Origin: an uncultured virus (IMG/VR IMGVR_UViG_2061766007_000865)
Taxonomy: Duplodnaviria; Heunggongvirae; Uroviricota; Caudoviricetes
Length of the DNA stretch: 64,000 nt
Reading direction: 5' to 3' (one strand)
IMG/VR virus record: IMGVR_UViG_2061766007_000865
Position numbers and translations under genes: made by a program. Under the pieces are notes generated by a model, which was given only the letters and a program-made list of their open reading frames with translations, searched no databases and had not been told where the DNA came from. The stretch's first letter is position 1, and every line of letters begins with the position of its first letter. Below, piece by piece: positions 48,201 to 60,773 of the stretch.

Positions 48201-50227
48201 CTTCAAGAACATAAACTCCATATCCGCACTTTCATGTGGAAGTATCTCTGCCAACTTCTTTGACTGCTCTAAATCTGTAAATGATTTTTCTTTCATAATT
48301 TATTCATTAGTCCATTAAGACATTTTTCTGCATCTTCACTATTACTAAAAACACAATTAACAGTACAATCTCCAGGTATGGCTAAATCAGGATGAGGCGC
48401 TTCAGGTCCCCAATAAGTAACAGTTGTCCAAAATAAAGGAAATCCAAATAAAAGATTTTCTTGAACTTTATAAATAAGTTTGTTATTCTTATATTTACCT
48501 ACAATTCTATACTTCATAATCACAACATTTATATTCTTATTTATACATACCCTCTAGAGCTGCAAGTGCAAGACCTTTCTCAATTAGACCTCTATAGTCA
48601 AAATGATGCTTGTTGAGCCAATCAATTGCATCCATTGAGAATACTGATGGATATTTAATGCCATTTTCATCGTCAGTATATACATTATCGATTTCAATGC
48701 AATACGAAGTGCTTATGTGCCCTTCCCAATCTTCCTCACAATATCTTTTAACTAATAATTTGCTGAATTCAATTCGTTCTTCCTCAGTCATTGAAGACAT
48801 TTGACGGAGATATGGCTTACATGGTTTATCTACAGCAATATATTCCCAAACTCTTGTTGATGCACCAAGTTTAAGACGTGGTAAATTTTCATCTACATAT
48901 ACTATTGGGTCATAAGGCAACCTTGCACAAAGGTCTGTCAATAGTAATTCTTTATCTTCTTGTGTCATAACCACAACATTTTAAGTTCATATAATTAATG
49001 ATTAAAACAACCGCATTCTTTCATGTTCCAAAGTGTGTCGATTGCCCTTGATAAAAAGTATTTATCTTGAGAACTATAAGTATGTTCTTTGGCGTTCTCT
49101 AAAAAACTAATTACTTTTTTTACCTCCATAATCACAACCTTTTAAGTTCGTGTAACTTCAATATCATTTCATAGCAAGCATCAATTGGGTTGTCTGCAAG
49201 GGTTTCTTCGCCGTCTTGCATGCCAGTTGTATCCCAATAGAGGGCACACCATTTATCTTTAGGTTTGCCAAGAATTAGATTAGTTTCATGGTCTTTTACT
49301 GGATAATATTTTTTAGGTAGAACATCAAGCAATGCCGAAAGTGACCAGCAAGGAACACCAATCCAACTTGCAAATCTATGTGGACATAAAGTTGCTTGAT
49401 AATCAGATATTCCACCTTCTTCTCTATGTGGTCGGTAACTCATATCAGCACTTTCAGTCGGCAGTATCTCTGATAGCTTACGACTTTGTTCTAAATCTGT
49501 ATAACTTTTCATAACAAATTATTTTCTTTTAATTTCAGTATCATCTCGTAGCAAGCATTAACTGGACTATCTGCTTCCACTTCGTGATACAGTTTATCTT
49601 TGCTAAAACATCCACAAAACCAATATGTAGGTTTGTCACCTTGAAAACATCTTGGTTTTTCTAAAATACCAAGCAGTGCTGCAAGACTCCAACAAGGAGA
49701 CACACTTTGAATGTCATCAGGCTCATTAACACTATCTCTTGCAACGATGATACCATTAGCAAACCACATATCTGCACTCTCAAGTGGTAAGATTTCTGCC
49801 AACTTCTTGCTTTGTTCCAAATCTGTATATGTTTTCATAACTTATTGTTTTCTTTTAACCAAATTATCATTTCAAATGCCGCATCTAACAATGATGAAAA
49901 CCATATTTTGCAATGTCTGCTTGGTATATCAATATTGTACTGACATTCATTATTGCGTTCTGAAGATTTTATAATAAAATCTTGTTTAGCAAGAACATTT
50001 AATAATGCGGAAAGACTCCAACAAGGAATGTCTGCTGGTCTTGGTGTTCCATCACTAAGCCAGTCCGCGATTTCTTCATATACACCACTACCAAAGCATA
50101 TATCATCCTTATCTCCAGAGATATAATACATATCCGCACTTTCTAGTGGCAAGATTTCTGCTAACTTCTTTGACTGAGAAATGTCAGTAAATGATTTAAT
50201 TGTTACCATAATTTTATTCATTTTCAT
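45243..50227 (-). CDS. seven paralogs of a KSYTDLEQSKKLAEILP..CWSLAALL family (45243, 45605, 47321, 47916, 49132, 49509, 49835)
   Basis: Three conserved blocks visible in all seven translations. Confidence 0.9.
46225..46630 (-). CDS. hypothetical protein, DLCARLPY..KPYLR.MSSMTEEE family, copy 1
   Basis: Continues past the N gap to GLALEAPEGMYNTK. Confidence 0.75.
47130..47318 (-). CDS. small YopX-like protein
   Basis: KDKNGK.L..GDIV motif. Confidence 0.5.
   Translation of the reverse strand: MKDKNGKALKVGDIVHNCYGYDLIVCKDDDGSYYGKLVCEKGHSCENIPYALCPSEIELLRN
48537..48968 (-). CDS. hypothetical protein, DLCARLPY family, copy 2
   Basis: DLCARLPY..KPYLRQMSSMTEEE..GLALAALEGMYK. Confidence 0.8.
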   Translation of the reverse strand: MTQEDKELLLTDLCARLPYDPIVYVDENLPRLKLGASTRVWEYIAVDKPCKPYLRQMSSMTEEERIEFSKLLVKRYCEEDWEGHISTSYCIEIDNVYTDDENGIKYPSVFSMDAIDWLNKHHFDYRGLIEKGLALAALEGMYK

Positions 50228-52657
50228 TTCTCCATAGAGTATTTTCCATTTTGTCAGAATGAGAAAACTTTATGAGTTCGTCAAGATTGTTGCAATCAAT
50301 ATTTTTCAGAGCTTCTAACCCCATTTTTCCTTGCATAATATCAGCAACTAAGTAAAGTAATGTGCAATATGGAGTTAATAAGTTCCTAAGATGTGCTCCT
50401 AATGTTTCTGTTGCCATAACCTTTTAACTTAAATAATCTATGCTTAGTTATCTCATCATCTGCTTTATAGCCTCTGTCTTCCTGTGACTTCAAGCAATAC
50501 CACATACATATTTGCCATGCAATAGAGCCTTCTTTTGGTTGGAACTTATTGGTCTTTCTGTATTTAGTAAGACCATAATTCCACCTATCAGAGAATGCTG
50601 CCTTTTTAATCTTTCTGGGCAGCTTTGGTTTCTTAATTGTTGCCATAGTTATAAATCATTTTTAATCGCATAATGTTCTATCCATTGTTTCTTTGTACTC
50701 TTTTTTATCCATATGTCTTACAAATTCATAGACATTCTTATTATCAACTGTAGAACAAGATAAATCACAACTTGGAAAATAGCTAGGATAGTCAGGGTCA
50801 CTTAGTGTGTAATACCCTAATTCAATGTTTTCAATAAGATACTCTTCCCCATTAGCTTTTTTCCTTACTACGTCACCTATATTATATTTAATTGTTGCCA
50901 TAGTTATAAGTCATTTTTAATTGCAAACACACAATCAGAATACCTTCTATGTCCTTTGGTAATAATTTTACCATCTTTTAATGCCCTAAACTCATGATGC
51001 CAATAAGTAGAACATTGATTGTGACAAGTCTGCTCTATGTGTTCAATAATATAGCCTTTGTATTTATAGGTTTTTAAAACACATGGTTCAGTCCAAGGTG
51101 TACACTCGAACATATCACCAACTTTAGCTGTTGCCATAGTTATTCACCTTTAAGTTCTATGATTTTACTCAGTATCTTATGCGCTATTACGCATAAAGAA
51201 TCGTCTTTATCATAACAACTCTCTATCTCTTCAAGCACAGCGTTTGCACCTGCTTCGTAAGCCGACAACTTTACGAGTTGCTTTTGCATTTCATTCCAAT
51301 TATTGTTGGCTGGGTGTGGGGCATATTGAATTGCCATTTCTCTAATTTTCTTTGCCATAGTTATTTATTTTCTAAATTAATAATCGCTTGTGACACTCTA
51401 TAAGTAGTAGTCTTTTTCCAAAGTCTAATATACTCTTCTCTTTTAATTGTCTTTGCCATAGTTACTTCTTCTTTAATTTAATCACAAACTCTTCCAATTC
51501 CTTTTGCTTGCGTTCTTTACAGAAACGACAGTTGCCTTTGTGAGAGAATCCTTGTCCAAGACTATATTGTAGATACTCACAGCTATCTATTACAATAGTT
51601 CTTATCATATTACAATCTCTTGTAGGCTCTCCCCAACACCCACCCATCATCAAGGCTGTAAGTACTAATGGTATAAGTTTCTTCATTGCTACCATAGTTA
51701 TTTCTTTTTCTTGTCTGCAATCTTAAATGATAGTTTCATTAACAATATTGTTAATATTGGTCTTAACATATTTATTAGCATAATTATGCGCTTCGAGGCA
51801 TTTTAGAGATAAATCTGTCTTAAACTTTATTTGACTAGACATAAACGGAATTACCCAATCATCATACCCAGGATTAACTTTAGACGAATATTCAAGCAAT
51901 CCATCAAGATATAATTTAGCTTTTTTAATATTTAATTTATCCGTTTCTTCAATCATATTTATCTATTTTAAAATTCATACATTCTCAGATTAAATTTTCT
52001 AAGCAATACTTTATTGCTGTTTCGACAGCTTGCTCATAAGCCAACATCAATGTTAAACAATTGTAATGCTTTCTTGAGTTCACTTACATATTTGATATTA
52101 GTAAGATTTAATTTTTGTCTATCGCATTGTGTATTGTCAGAACCAACACGAATTTCGTCGATGTGAAGATATTCTACTTTACCACCAATATCGAATTGTA
52201 TATTTATTCTATGCTTTTCTGTCTCTAACCAACAATTATGCCAATAAAGATTCTCCTTGAATCCATGTTTTCTCAAGAATTCCTTGGTTAGAACAACTTC
52301 CTCACTTTCATCTTCAATAGCCCATATTTCTTTAGTGATATAGGTTGTTAATCTGTCAACATATTCTTCATCTGTTTCGAGTTGCTTTTTGTTTGCGAAG
52401 AAGTGATTACTATATCCGCTTTCTTGAGATACAGATTCATATCCTTCTTTCTGAAGACTTGTCAACTGTTTAATCATTTTGTTGATAGTTCCAAAGAAAA
52501 GATGACGTTCTAACAGTTTTGGATGATTCGTAATATGTCTTTTCAATATGTAGCCATCACGTTTCTCCAATCTTTTAATAGCTTCGTCTAAGAAAGCCAC
52601 CTCATCAGCTTCCAAACGCCCTTCAATAAGCTTTTTGATATTCTCTTCTATTTTCAT
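50214..52657 (-). CDS. run of small hypothetical genes, many starting MAT/MAK
   Basis: ORF track; shared TAACTATGGC junctions. Confidence 0.7.
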
Positions 52658-52796
52658 GACTTATTAATTATTTCACAATGCAAAGATACGAAATTCTATT
52701 GAATTAACCAAGGAAATAACATTTTTTATTAGAATATGCGTTAACAGTTAATTACCCAAGCTAATGGTCAATTGCATTGGTGTAAAGTGATAAGTT

Positions 52797-53072
52797 TTAC
52801 ATAAAGTCAGAGCCATACGGACTTATAGCACCTCCATATGCCCAGCTTTCCCAAACATCACAGCAAGCTTCTCCACTAGGATGACTTGTATGGTGTAGAT
52901 TCTTCTCCATCAATATTTCCATTCGTTCATGGTAGTGCTTCAACTCATCTTCATTGAATTTGAATTTCACCACATCCATTAACCATGAGATATATGAGGT
53001 GTTGGAATCAATTATATCATGGATTAACTGACCCTTATATTTTCCAAATGGAAGTATTCTCTTTGTTTCCAT
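52797..53072 (-). CDS. small PFGKYKG-motif protein (ExoX C-terminal/DUF3820-like)
   Basis: LPFGKYKGQ.I......SYISWL. Confidence 0.6.
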   Translation of the reverse strand: METKRILPFGKYKGQLIHDIIDSNTSYISWLMDVVKFKFNEDELKHYHERMEILMEKNLHHTSHPSGEACCDVWESWAYGGAISPYGSDFM

Positions 53073-53083
53073 ATTCTTTCCTA

Positions 53084-53608
53084 TTAAGAGTTTTTGATTC
53101 TGTTCATCAACACATCCTTGATGATGCCGCCATTCACAGTGGGATATGTGGCATTAACCAAAGTCTTTATTTTACCCATATCCTTCATTGAAGGTGCGTA
53201 ACCTTCTGTTTGTTCAGAAAGATATGTGTCTATCATGCTGTTAATGAAGTCCTCCAATTCCTTTCCTTCTGGAACATATGGCAAGAACTCCTTAATGAGT
53301 GCTAATTCCTTTGCATCAGCCTCTGCTAGTTCAAGTCTTCCATTCCTTGTGTAGTCCTTGATATTCTGCTTTCTCTTCTCAGCCATATTGGACAGCAAGG
53401 CAATCTCATAATCACTAGAAAGGAGATATACCTTATTGTTCTTGTTCTCCCTTATCAATTCTGATTTAATGAGCACCAAGCTACTAATCTTTGCATTGAG
53501 ATTGTTGTCTTCCTTGTGTTCTCCTAGAAGTTTAATCTTCTCTTCTTTTGCTTCCGCAATTCTAGCCTCTATCTTATAGAGGATTGTTTCTTGTGTTACA
53601 TTTTCCAT
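53084..53608 (-). CDS. GatB/YqeY-domain protein
   Basis: KRKQ.I..Y...GR.ELAE....EL..I.EFLP..MKDMGKI. Confidence 0.85.
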   Translation of the reverse strand: MENVTQETILYKIEARIAEAKEEKIKLLGEHKEDNNLNAKISSLVLIKSELIRENKNNKVYLLSSDYEIALLSNMAEKRKQNIKDYTRNGRLELAEADAKELALIKEFLPYVPEGKELEDFINSMIDTYLSEQTEGYAPSMKDMGKIKTLVNATYPTVNGGIIKDVLMNRIKNS

Positions 53609-54943
53609 ATTTCTTATTGTGTTTTATCCTAAATTGTATTTAATCCTATACTCATAATCGAGTATCATGCTATCGTTTTGAGCAAGCTGCTTATCAATCT
53701 CAGCCACCTCTTTGGTGCTTGAGCATCTTGTTCTTTTCTCTTTGAGCACACCACTATTATATTTCAGTTTAGTGATAGCTTCTCTTAATACACTTTCCTT
53801 TGCCATGCTTAATTTTGGTTATAATTTGCCTAATAATGCAAAGATACAAAAAAAAATCGACAAAACCAATTTTTTTTCAAGGTTTTATCGATTTTTATAG
53901 TTCATTAACTTTTTCTGAAATCATGTCAATCTTCCCATTGACCTCAGTAATAGTGCTTTCGATTTTAGGAATTCGTTGGTTCACGATTTCCTTGAGCTTC
54001 ATATTAAGGTCGTGTAAGCGTTTATTCTCGTTAAATAGCGCTGTATTATCTTCTAGTAGCTTTTTAGCATCAAGCTTATTAGACTTGTATGATGATTCAA
54101 ATTCACCAACCTTGTCTAGTTCTTGTTTAAGGATAAGTCCAACCTCTAATATTAGGGTTTTAGACTTATGCGACTCGGCTAATACATTGAGTTCTGCTAG
54201 TATCTCAATACACCTTCTTAAATCATTTGCACTAATCATTGTATATTCCCATTTGGGTTAAACGTTCTCTTTCAACTCTAAAATAAGCCAACTGTTCCTC
54301 AGTGAGTCCTTTAATCCACTCTTCGCAGTATCTCCCATATTTGTTTCTAACATATGGGTCACTCATAAAACGCCATCTAAGGTATTTCTCCATAATGTTC
54401 AATATATCTAGTCCCAATAGTCTGAACATTGATAGTTATGATTATAATATGATGAATACGTCTTTTTATTCTTATCGATGCAGAATTTTTTCAAGACATC
54501 CTTGGAATTATTTGTAATGGGCTTAATTGTTTCACCATGATACTTGTTGTCTGGGACATAAATCTTCTTGATAATCTCTCCAGTAACCATGTCAACCAAG
54601 GCGAGATTCTCTTCATCCCAAACATAGCCATATTGCTCTAGGATTTCGATTGCATCTGCTTTTTCTGTTGGTGTACAGAGACTAATCCAATTGTCTTCCT
54701 TATCTGTGTCTATCGTCGTTTCACATGCTTGTCCGTTCTTTGGCTCGTCAAGATACGGAACATATTCATAGCCATAACTGTTTGGTTTTTGCATATACTT
54801 CTCTGGGTCATATGCCACTGCCAACGTTAGTTTTTTGGTGTATGTGTTTGATACATCTTTACCCTCGTATATCATAAAGCTGCCTTTTCGGTTGCTTCTT
54901 TTAACAAAGTCTCCTGGCTTAAAAGTTCTACTTGTCTCCATAT

Positions 54944-55549
54944 TTATATATACAGTTTATTGCTTGAAATTATATTAGCGACCTCCTCAGTTACATAGGG
55001 GTACGGATTCATGCCCTTTGACACCATGTTTCTAACCATAGTTGATGAAACGTCCATCTTCTGTATTTCAAGCAAAGTTACTTTCATGTTTGTGCATACA
55101 GCCTCACATTGTACCTTGAATGGTATCGCATCATTAGCAATGGTGCTATCTAGTCCTCTTGTAATCTCTATAAACCCAATCTTATCCTTGATATGGGTTT
55201 CAAAGTTCTTCCAATTAGGAATGCTGTCAATGGTGTCAGTTCCAGCAATGAGGAATATCTCGTCATTTGGATATGTCTTAATTGCCTCATTGATAGGGAT
55301 ATATGAATAAACTGGAGGCTCATATTTCTCCTCAAACCTACACACTTCACACTTATCGCCCAATGGTCTAATGGCTTCCTCAATCATTTNNNNNNNNNNN
55401 NNNNNNGGAGCCTCTTTCTTCCAAGGGTTATGTTTTGCCACAACAAATAGAACCTTATCACAAAGTCCACTTGCCATGACATTTGATGCCATTGCGACAT
55501 GACCAATTGTGATTGGGTTAAAAGAACCAAGTAATATTCCTATCTTCAT
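54944..55549 (-). CDS. nadD: nicotinate/nicotinamide-nucleotide adenylyltransferase
   Basis: GSFNPITIGH, NPWK, G.D....I.NW, VSSTMVR, V..II....LY. Confidence 0.9.
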   Translation of the reverse strand: MKIGILLGSFNPITIGHVAMASNVMASGLCDKVLFVVAKHNPWKKEAXXXXXXXMIEEAIRPLGDKCEVCRFEEKYEPPVYSYIPINEAIKTYPNDEIFLIAGTDTIDSIPNWKNFETHIKDKIGFIEITRGLDSTIANDAIPFKVQCEAVCTNMKVTLLEIQKMDVSSTMVRNMVSKGMNPYPYVTEEVANIISSNKLYI

Positions 55550-58500
55550 GGTTGACATTGTTTACATTGTTTACGGTACTCACACCATAATCTGTTAATA
55601 TGACTCCAATACCGTTGCCCTTGTTTCGTTTTTGACCATATGAATCCACCACCCATAGATACATTTTGTAGTATTACTAGAGGGGGTAGTCCCTTGTAAC
55701 TTGGTTGCTCAGCAAGAACATTGTCTATAAATTGTACCAAACAGTGATGCTGCTTGAGAAACTTATAAAATCTCCTAGTACTTAAACTTATTTCCATTCT
55801 CATTCTTCATCGTCGCAGATTTTGGCAAGATTCTCATCATATTCTTGCAATATAAGTGGATAATAGCAATCGTAGTAATATTGGATTTCATCTAAATCAT
55901 AATCCTTAATCATCTGACGATAGATACACTTGGCTTCGAGATTCATCACCTTCTGAACATGAACCTCTGGAACCTTGCCATCACACCATTCTTCTGCTTT
56001 CTTGTTGAATTGACTGATATACCCAAGATACTCGGCAAAGATAATGAATAGGGGGGTTGGTATTACTGACACTAGGTGTTTCTCCTTGTCGCCATATTCC
56101 TCTAAATCCTTGACATTACCTCCCCACTTCTCTTCCGTAGGTGTCTCCACTTTTGTCTCTTTATTAGTGTCCATTATTATGTAATTTTATGATTCTACCA
56201 ACAATCTACATCGGTTATATCTTTTTCCTTACCGCAATAAGGACATTTGATAGTTACCGAAGTGCCAATCCCAGTTGGAGTAAAAATATATTTGTAGGGA
56301 GCAGACTGCTTAAACGTGTTGTTCACACGTGGTTTAGGTCTACATTTCTTATGCTTCTCTATAAAAGCCTTTGCATCCTTTTCTTCTTGTTCACTTAGTG
56401 TATAACTTGCCATTATCCGTAATATATTTCTGGACATAGAACATTCTGTTCATTGTTCTGTTCGTTAGTTTCTACCTCAACAGTGAAGACTGTTGAGGCT
56501 AGAACGAAATCGTCTTCATTCTGAGCCATTTCCTTTTTACTTTTATTCTATAGTTATTTTAAAATTTCTCTTGCATTTACTTACTATTCCCTTATATCTA
56601 AGGTCTTTTGCAGCATAATTTCTTGAACCAATGCCTTTTGTTGGTTTAGTCTTGCTGTGAGTTAGGGATATCCCCATCTTCTTTAACCCTTTTCTGATAC
56701 AAACAATAATGTTATTATACAACATATTTTCTTTTTTTTTGCAAAGATACCAAATTTTCTTGAAAAAATCAAATTCTCTGTCTTAAAAAAAGTTAATATT
56801 TGCGTTTATTCACAATAAACCTAGCAAGAAGGCTAGTTTTATGCATCTTCTGTGGCTCACTATTATTGGCATTGTCAACTCTCTTGAAATGGATATAATC
56901 ACCGTCGAATGCAAGAATCATAATGTCCATTCTCCCCAATGTAATCACTGGAGGTATATGATACACCTTATTGACCTTAAGGTTTGTGGGATGAATATGT
57001 CCCTTTATCTTATTAAGTTCATCCTTGCAACTCGCTATTGTACGTTTCTCTGCCATGATATTTAAAATTCGTGAAGTTCTGTGATAAATACTGCATCAAG
57101 GTCTGACGGATATATATTACAAGTAGATGAGTATTCACTTTTAGTGGACTCATTAATCTCGTGACAAATGCATATGAAATCTGTTTTGCTTGACACCCTA
57201 ACGACCTTCCTTGATTGGGACATTATCTTTGGAATAACATATGTTTTACCCACCTCTATGTTATCCCATTCAATGCGTCTTGGAAGTTCCTTCATCAATT
57301 CCCTTTTCTCACTATAAGTGAGAAGACTCACATGCTTACTAATCTTTGATGTGCTTGATGTCGATACTTGATTGGGACTTGGCAAAGCCATACATGCACT
57401 AGGTTTGTTCAATGGGCACCAGTTAGGACAAACAATATCTTGAGCTACAGAAAGGTTAAAGCCAATCCTCCTATTCCTTGTCTTTCCCCACGCATCATCA
57501 TAGGGAACAGCACGGCAAGAGGCATCAAAACGATTTGTTTCACTGTGGTCAAACGTTTTCTCTAAGTTGGTACATAAATTACATATTTTACAGTTCATTA
57601 TTTCTTCTTTTTTATTTGGTTGAACTTTATCTATAAACAAATCCTCGTCAAATATACAAGTCTCACAATCTTTGCAGTCCTTACCAGAGCAAGGATGTCC
57701 TTGTACTAATTCAGTCATCATCGTCATCATCATAACTTGCAATGGATGCCAATTGCTCTCGATGGGATTCTAGCCATTTAATGAATTCATCTTGCGATTG
57801 CTGTGGACTCATTCTAAGTGGCGTTCTGTCCCCATGTCTAGGAGGGGGTGGCATCGTTATACCCATCTGTTCGGTATTCATGGGCATGGCTTCTGCTGTT
57901 TTATCTACGAAATTATCGCCGAATAAGCTTTTACAAACCTCAGTAAATACGTCTTCACCAAGTTTTTCGAGTATACTAAAGTCTGTATCGACTGCATATT
58001 CAATGCAAGAGTGTATTAAGCCATTGACCATGTTCATTATCATCATCTGGCACTTGCTGTTGTTTTCTATCTTAAAATTGCCATGCATGCCATGCATCAT
58101 TGCCAAGAGTTCATCCAATGATTTGGCGTTCATATAAAATGCATCAATCTTTGGCAATCTGCTGATTTTACCATATCCGTATAATAGCTTTGATGCAATT
58201 ACATGGTATAGGTCTCTATTTCTATTAGGCAAGTTTACACTGCATCTGAATATGTTATACATGTTGTTCAGTTTGACGTATTTCAAAAATGTCCTCAGTA
58301 TCAGAAACTCTAGTTCATATCCCTTCTTTGTCTCCATCATCTGTATAGTGTTTTTTAGTTTATTCAATCTTGAAATTGTCTTTATCGTCAAATTTATGGC
58401 AACTTGGGCAATATAAATATTCTCTCCATTTTGTTTTNNNNNNNNNNNNNNNNNNNNNNNNAGTCCTTGCATCTTAATAGAAATCTCTTATCAAAACTAT

Positions 58501-60756
58501 TCATAGTCCAAGTAAAAGGGTTTAAATGTCATATTATAATCTTCGTCCAATAAGGAGACATTATATACCTTGGTGTCCCCTAAAAGCTCTTCTTCATGAT
58601 TAGAAGCATGTAAATGACCATGAAGATTCAATGTTGGCTTAGAAGCCTCCAAGAACTTTCTCAGTGATTGGTTTCCAATGTGACTACCATCAGCCCACAA
58701 GCAATCCTTCTGTAAGATTACATCACTAATTCCATAAGGCGCATCATGGGATATAACGATGTCGATATGCCCAATCGCTTTCAAGTGCCTTGCATACTTT
58801 TCATCTTGCTCCTCATAACTAGGCATGAATGCCCATCTACCGAATGGTTTGCACATTGGAGTGCCGTATATTGTCTTTCCCTTGTATTCAAAGGTTTCAC
58901 AGTCCAAGTAAGTAATCTTCTCTTGACCTTTCAACATTAAGCGTACTCTGTCTGGGTGGCGCTCCATAAAATGGTCATGATTACCTGCGATGAATAATAC
59001 TTTCTCACAAGGTAACGCAGTACACCAAGGTATGAATACGTCTCTGAGCCAATTCTCACTTGGGTCTGTGAAATTCTGTATCTTAAGTGGTAGTATGTCA
59101 CCACATATCATCACAATATCACATGGTTCAATCTTAAAATCAAGTTGCCCATGCATGTCCGAAAATGCACATATTCTCATCGTTCCTTAATATATATATC
59201 TTTATATCCTATGGCATTCCACCATCTATTTCTAACACCCAACCAATATGTAAAGTCATGCGTTATCGAGCTATCCCAACGAAACATTACGCCTGATAGA
59301 TATAAGCAGTTTTTCAAAAAATAAGTTGATGTTAGCTGATTTAATACATCATCAACTGTTTCCAAATGTGGATGGCATATCATACAGTCGGTTATTACAT
59401 CGTTGAAACAACCTTCTCGTTTTAGGAATTTGACAATCAACGCCTTTGCTTGTTCCCTAGTAATGCCATTTCCTTTTATTATATCAAACGGATATTTTAA
59501 GTCACTTTTCTGTATTTGCATTTACAAAGATATATATAAAAAATTAAAATTCCAAATGATTGATTGAAAGATATGATATTTTTCCTAAAAAGTTACTCCA
59601 TTCAACACATAGGTCATTCCATAATTTTGAATATGAGTAGCCTTCGACCTTTCCATATATTGCCTTAGACCAATCAAAGGAGCAAGGTTTATTGCATAGG
59701 GTATCAGTTGGTCTTTGCGCTTTTGATACCATTCTATACAATACTTCTTCTCCAGTTAATGGCTCATTACAGAAATTTCTAACCTCTACTACAAATGCAT
59801 ACCATAGTCCTCTCTCAACTAAGAAACTATAAACAAGAATCATTAGTTCTTTAGTTGTTATATGGTGGCGCACTATCCAATTTGATTCGCCCTCGTTACA
59901 ATATTTCTCAAGTAAGTAATCTCTATATGCTTTAGCTTTCATACGTATTCATCAGTATCATGTTTTCTAAAGTATATGCATCCAATTTGGTTTTGCCATT
60001 TGTTATGAATTACAAACCAATCTATGTTTGTGGCTGGTTCCCACCAACTNNNNNNNNNNNNNNNNNNNNCACCTCTTGGAATGATACATCTTCCAAATCA
60101 ACTCTGTTTATGCAGTCATACAACACGTCATTGTATCGCATTGCATCTATTCTCTTACAATCCTCAATTGTCTTACACTCTTTATATCGTGTGTATTTGT
60201 AACGAGTTACAAAGGTATCCAAAAGTTTATTCTCCATTAAGAATTTACCTAATAGATATTTCCCTTGTTTATGTGTTATTATGTCAGGTTCATCCAATAT
60301 AGTATCTACATAAGGTATTATATGTATCATAATAAAAGTTAAGTTTAACCTATATTTGCAAATATATAAAAAAAATGAAATTAACAAATTCTATTCTACA
60401 TATTTTGTGTGGCAATATTTAGAATTCCACTTTCTAGCTATATCTCGCCATTGACTAGCTCTTAAATGTTTATAAGTGAAGTCAAAAGATGATGGGGCAT
60501 GGTAAAAGAAACCACCTATACAATCATTAAATATTCTAAAGCGATGCATAAAATCGACATATACGTTTATGGATTTCTCTAGATATGTTCTGAAATCATC
60601 ACTTCTTGAATAGGTTGTGTTGTATATAAAGTTAACACGTTCTAGCTTGTATTCTAGTGAGTCTTCGTACCATTCCCTATGTATGTTATTCTTTAGTAAA
60701 AATTGATATAACAAGAAAAAAAACTGTTTTCTATTCACTTTTTGCGGTACAATCAT
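55546..60756 (-). CDS. five dispersed paralogs with FL....F...W..W pattern (55546..55803, 59177..59521, 59544..59942, 59939..60330, 60391..60756)
   Basis: Shared (K/S/Q)FL start block and F.W....W......W C-terminal block. Confidence 0.6.
57062..58340 (-). CDS. Cys-rich protein (57062..~57720) and hypothetical protein (57711..58340)
   Basis: CxxC clusters and CPNWCPL in the first. Confidence 0.65.
58497..59180 (-). CDS. calcineurin-like metallophosphoesterase
   Basis: SDMHG, CGD, GNHD, SH..P, GHLH motifs. Confidence 0.92.
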   Translation of the reverse strand: MRICAFSDMHGQLDFKIEPCDIVMICGDILPLKIQNFTDPSENWLRDVFIPWCTALPCEKVLFIAGNHDHFMERHPDRVRLMLKGQEKITYLDCETFEYKGKTIYGTPMCKPFGRWAFMPSYEEQDEKYARHLKAIGHIDIVISHDAPYGISDVILQKDCLWADGSHIGNQSLRKFLEASKPTLNLHGHLHASNHEEELLGDTKVYNVSLLDEDYNMTFKPFYLDYE

Positions 60757-60773
60757 AAAATGAGATTTAATAG

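Noticed and set aside
45243..50227. Diversity-generating retroelement
   Set aside because: No reverse transcriptase and no TR/VR pair differing only at adenines; the variation includes large indels.
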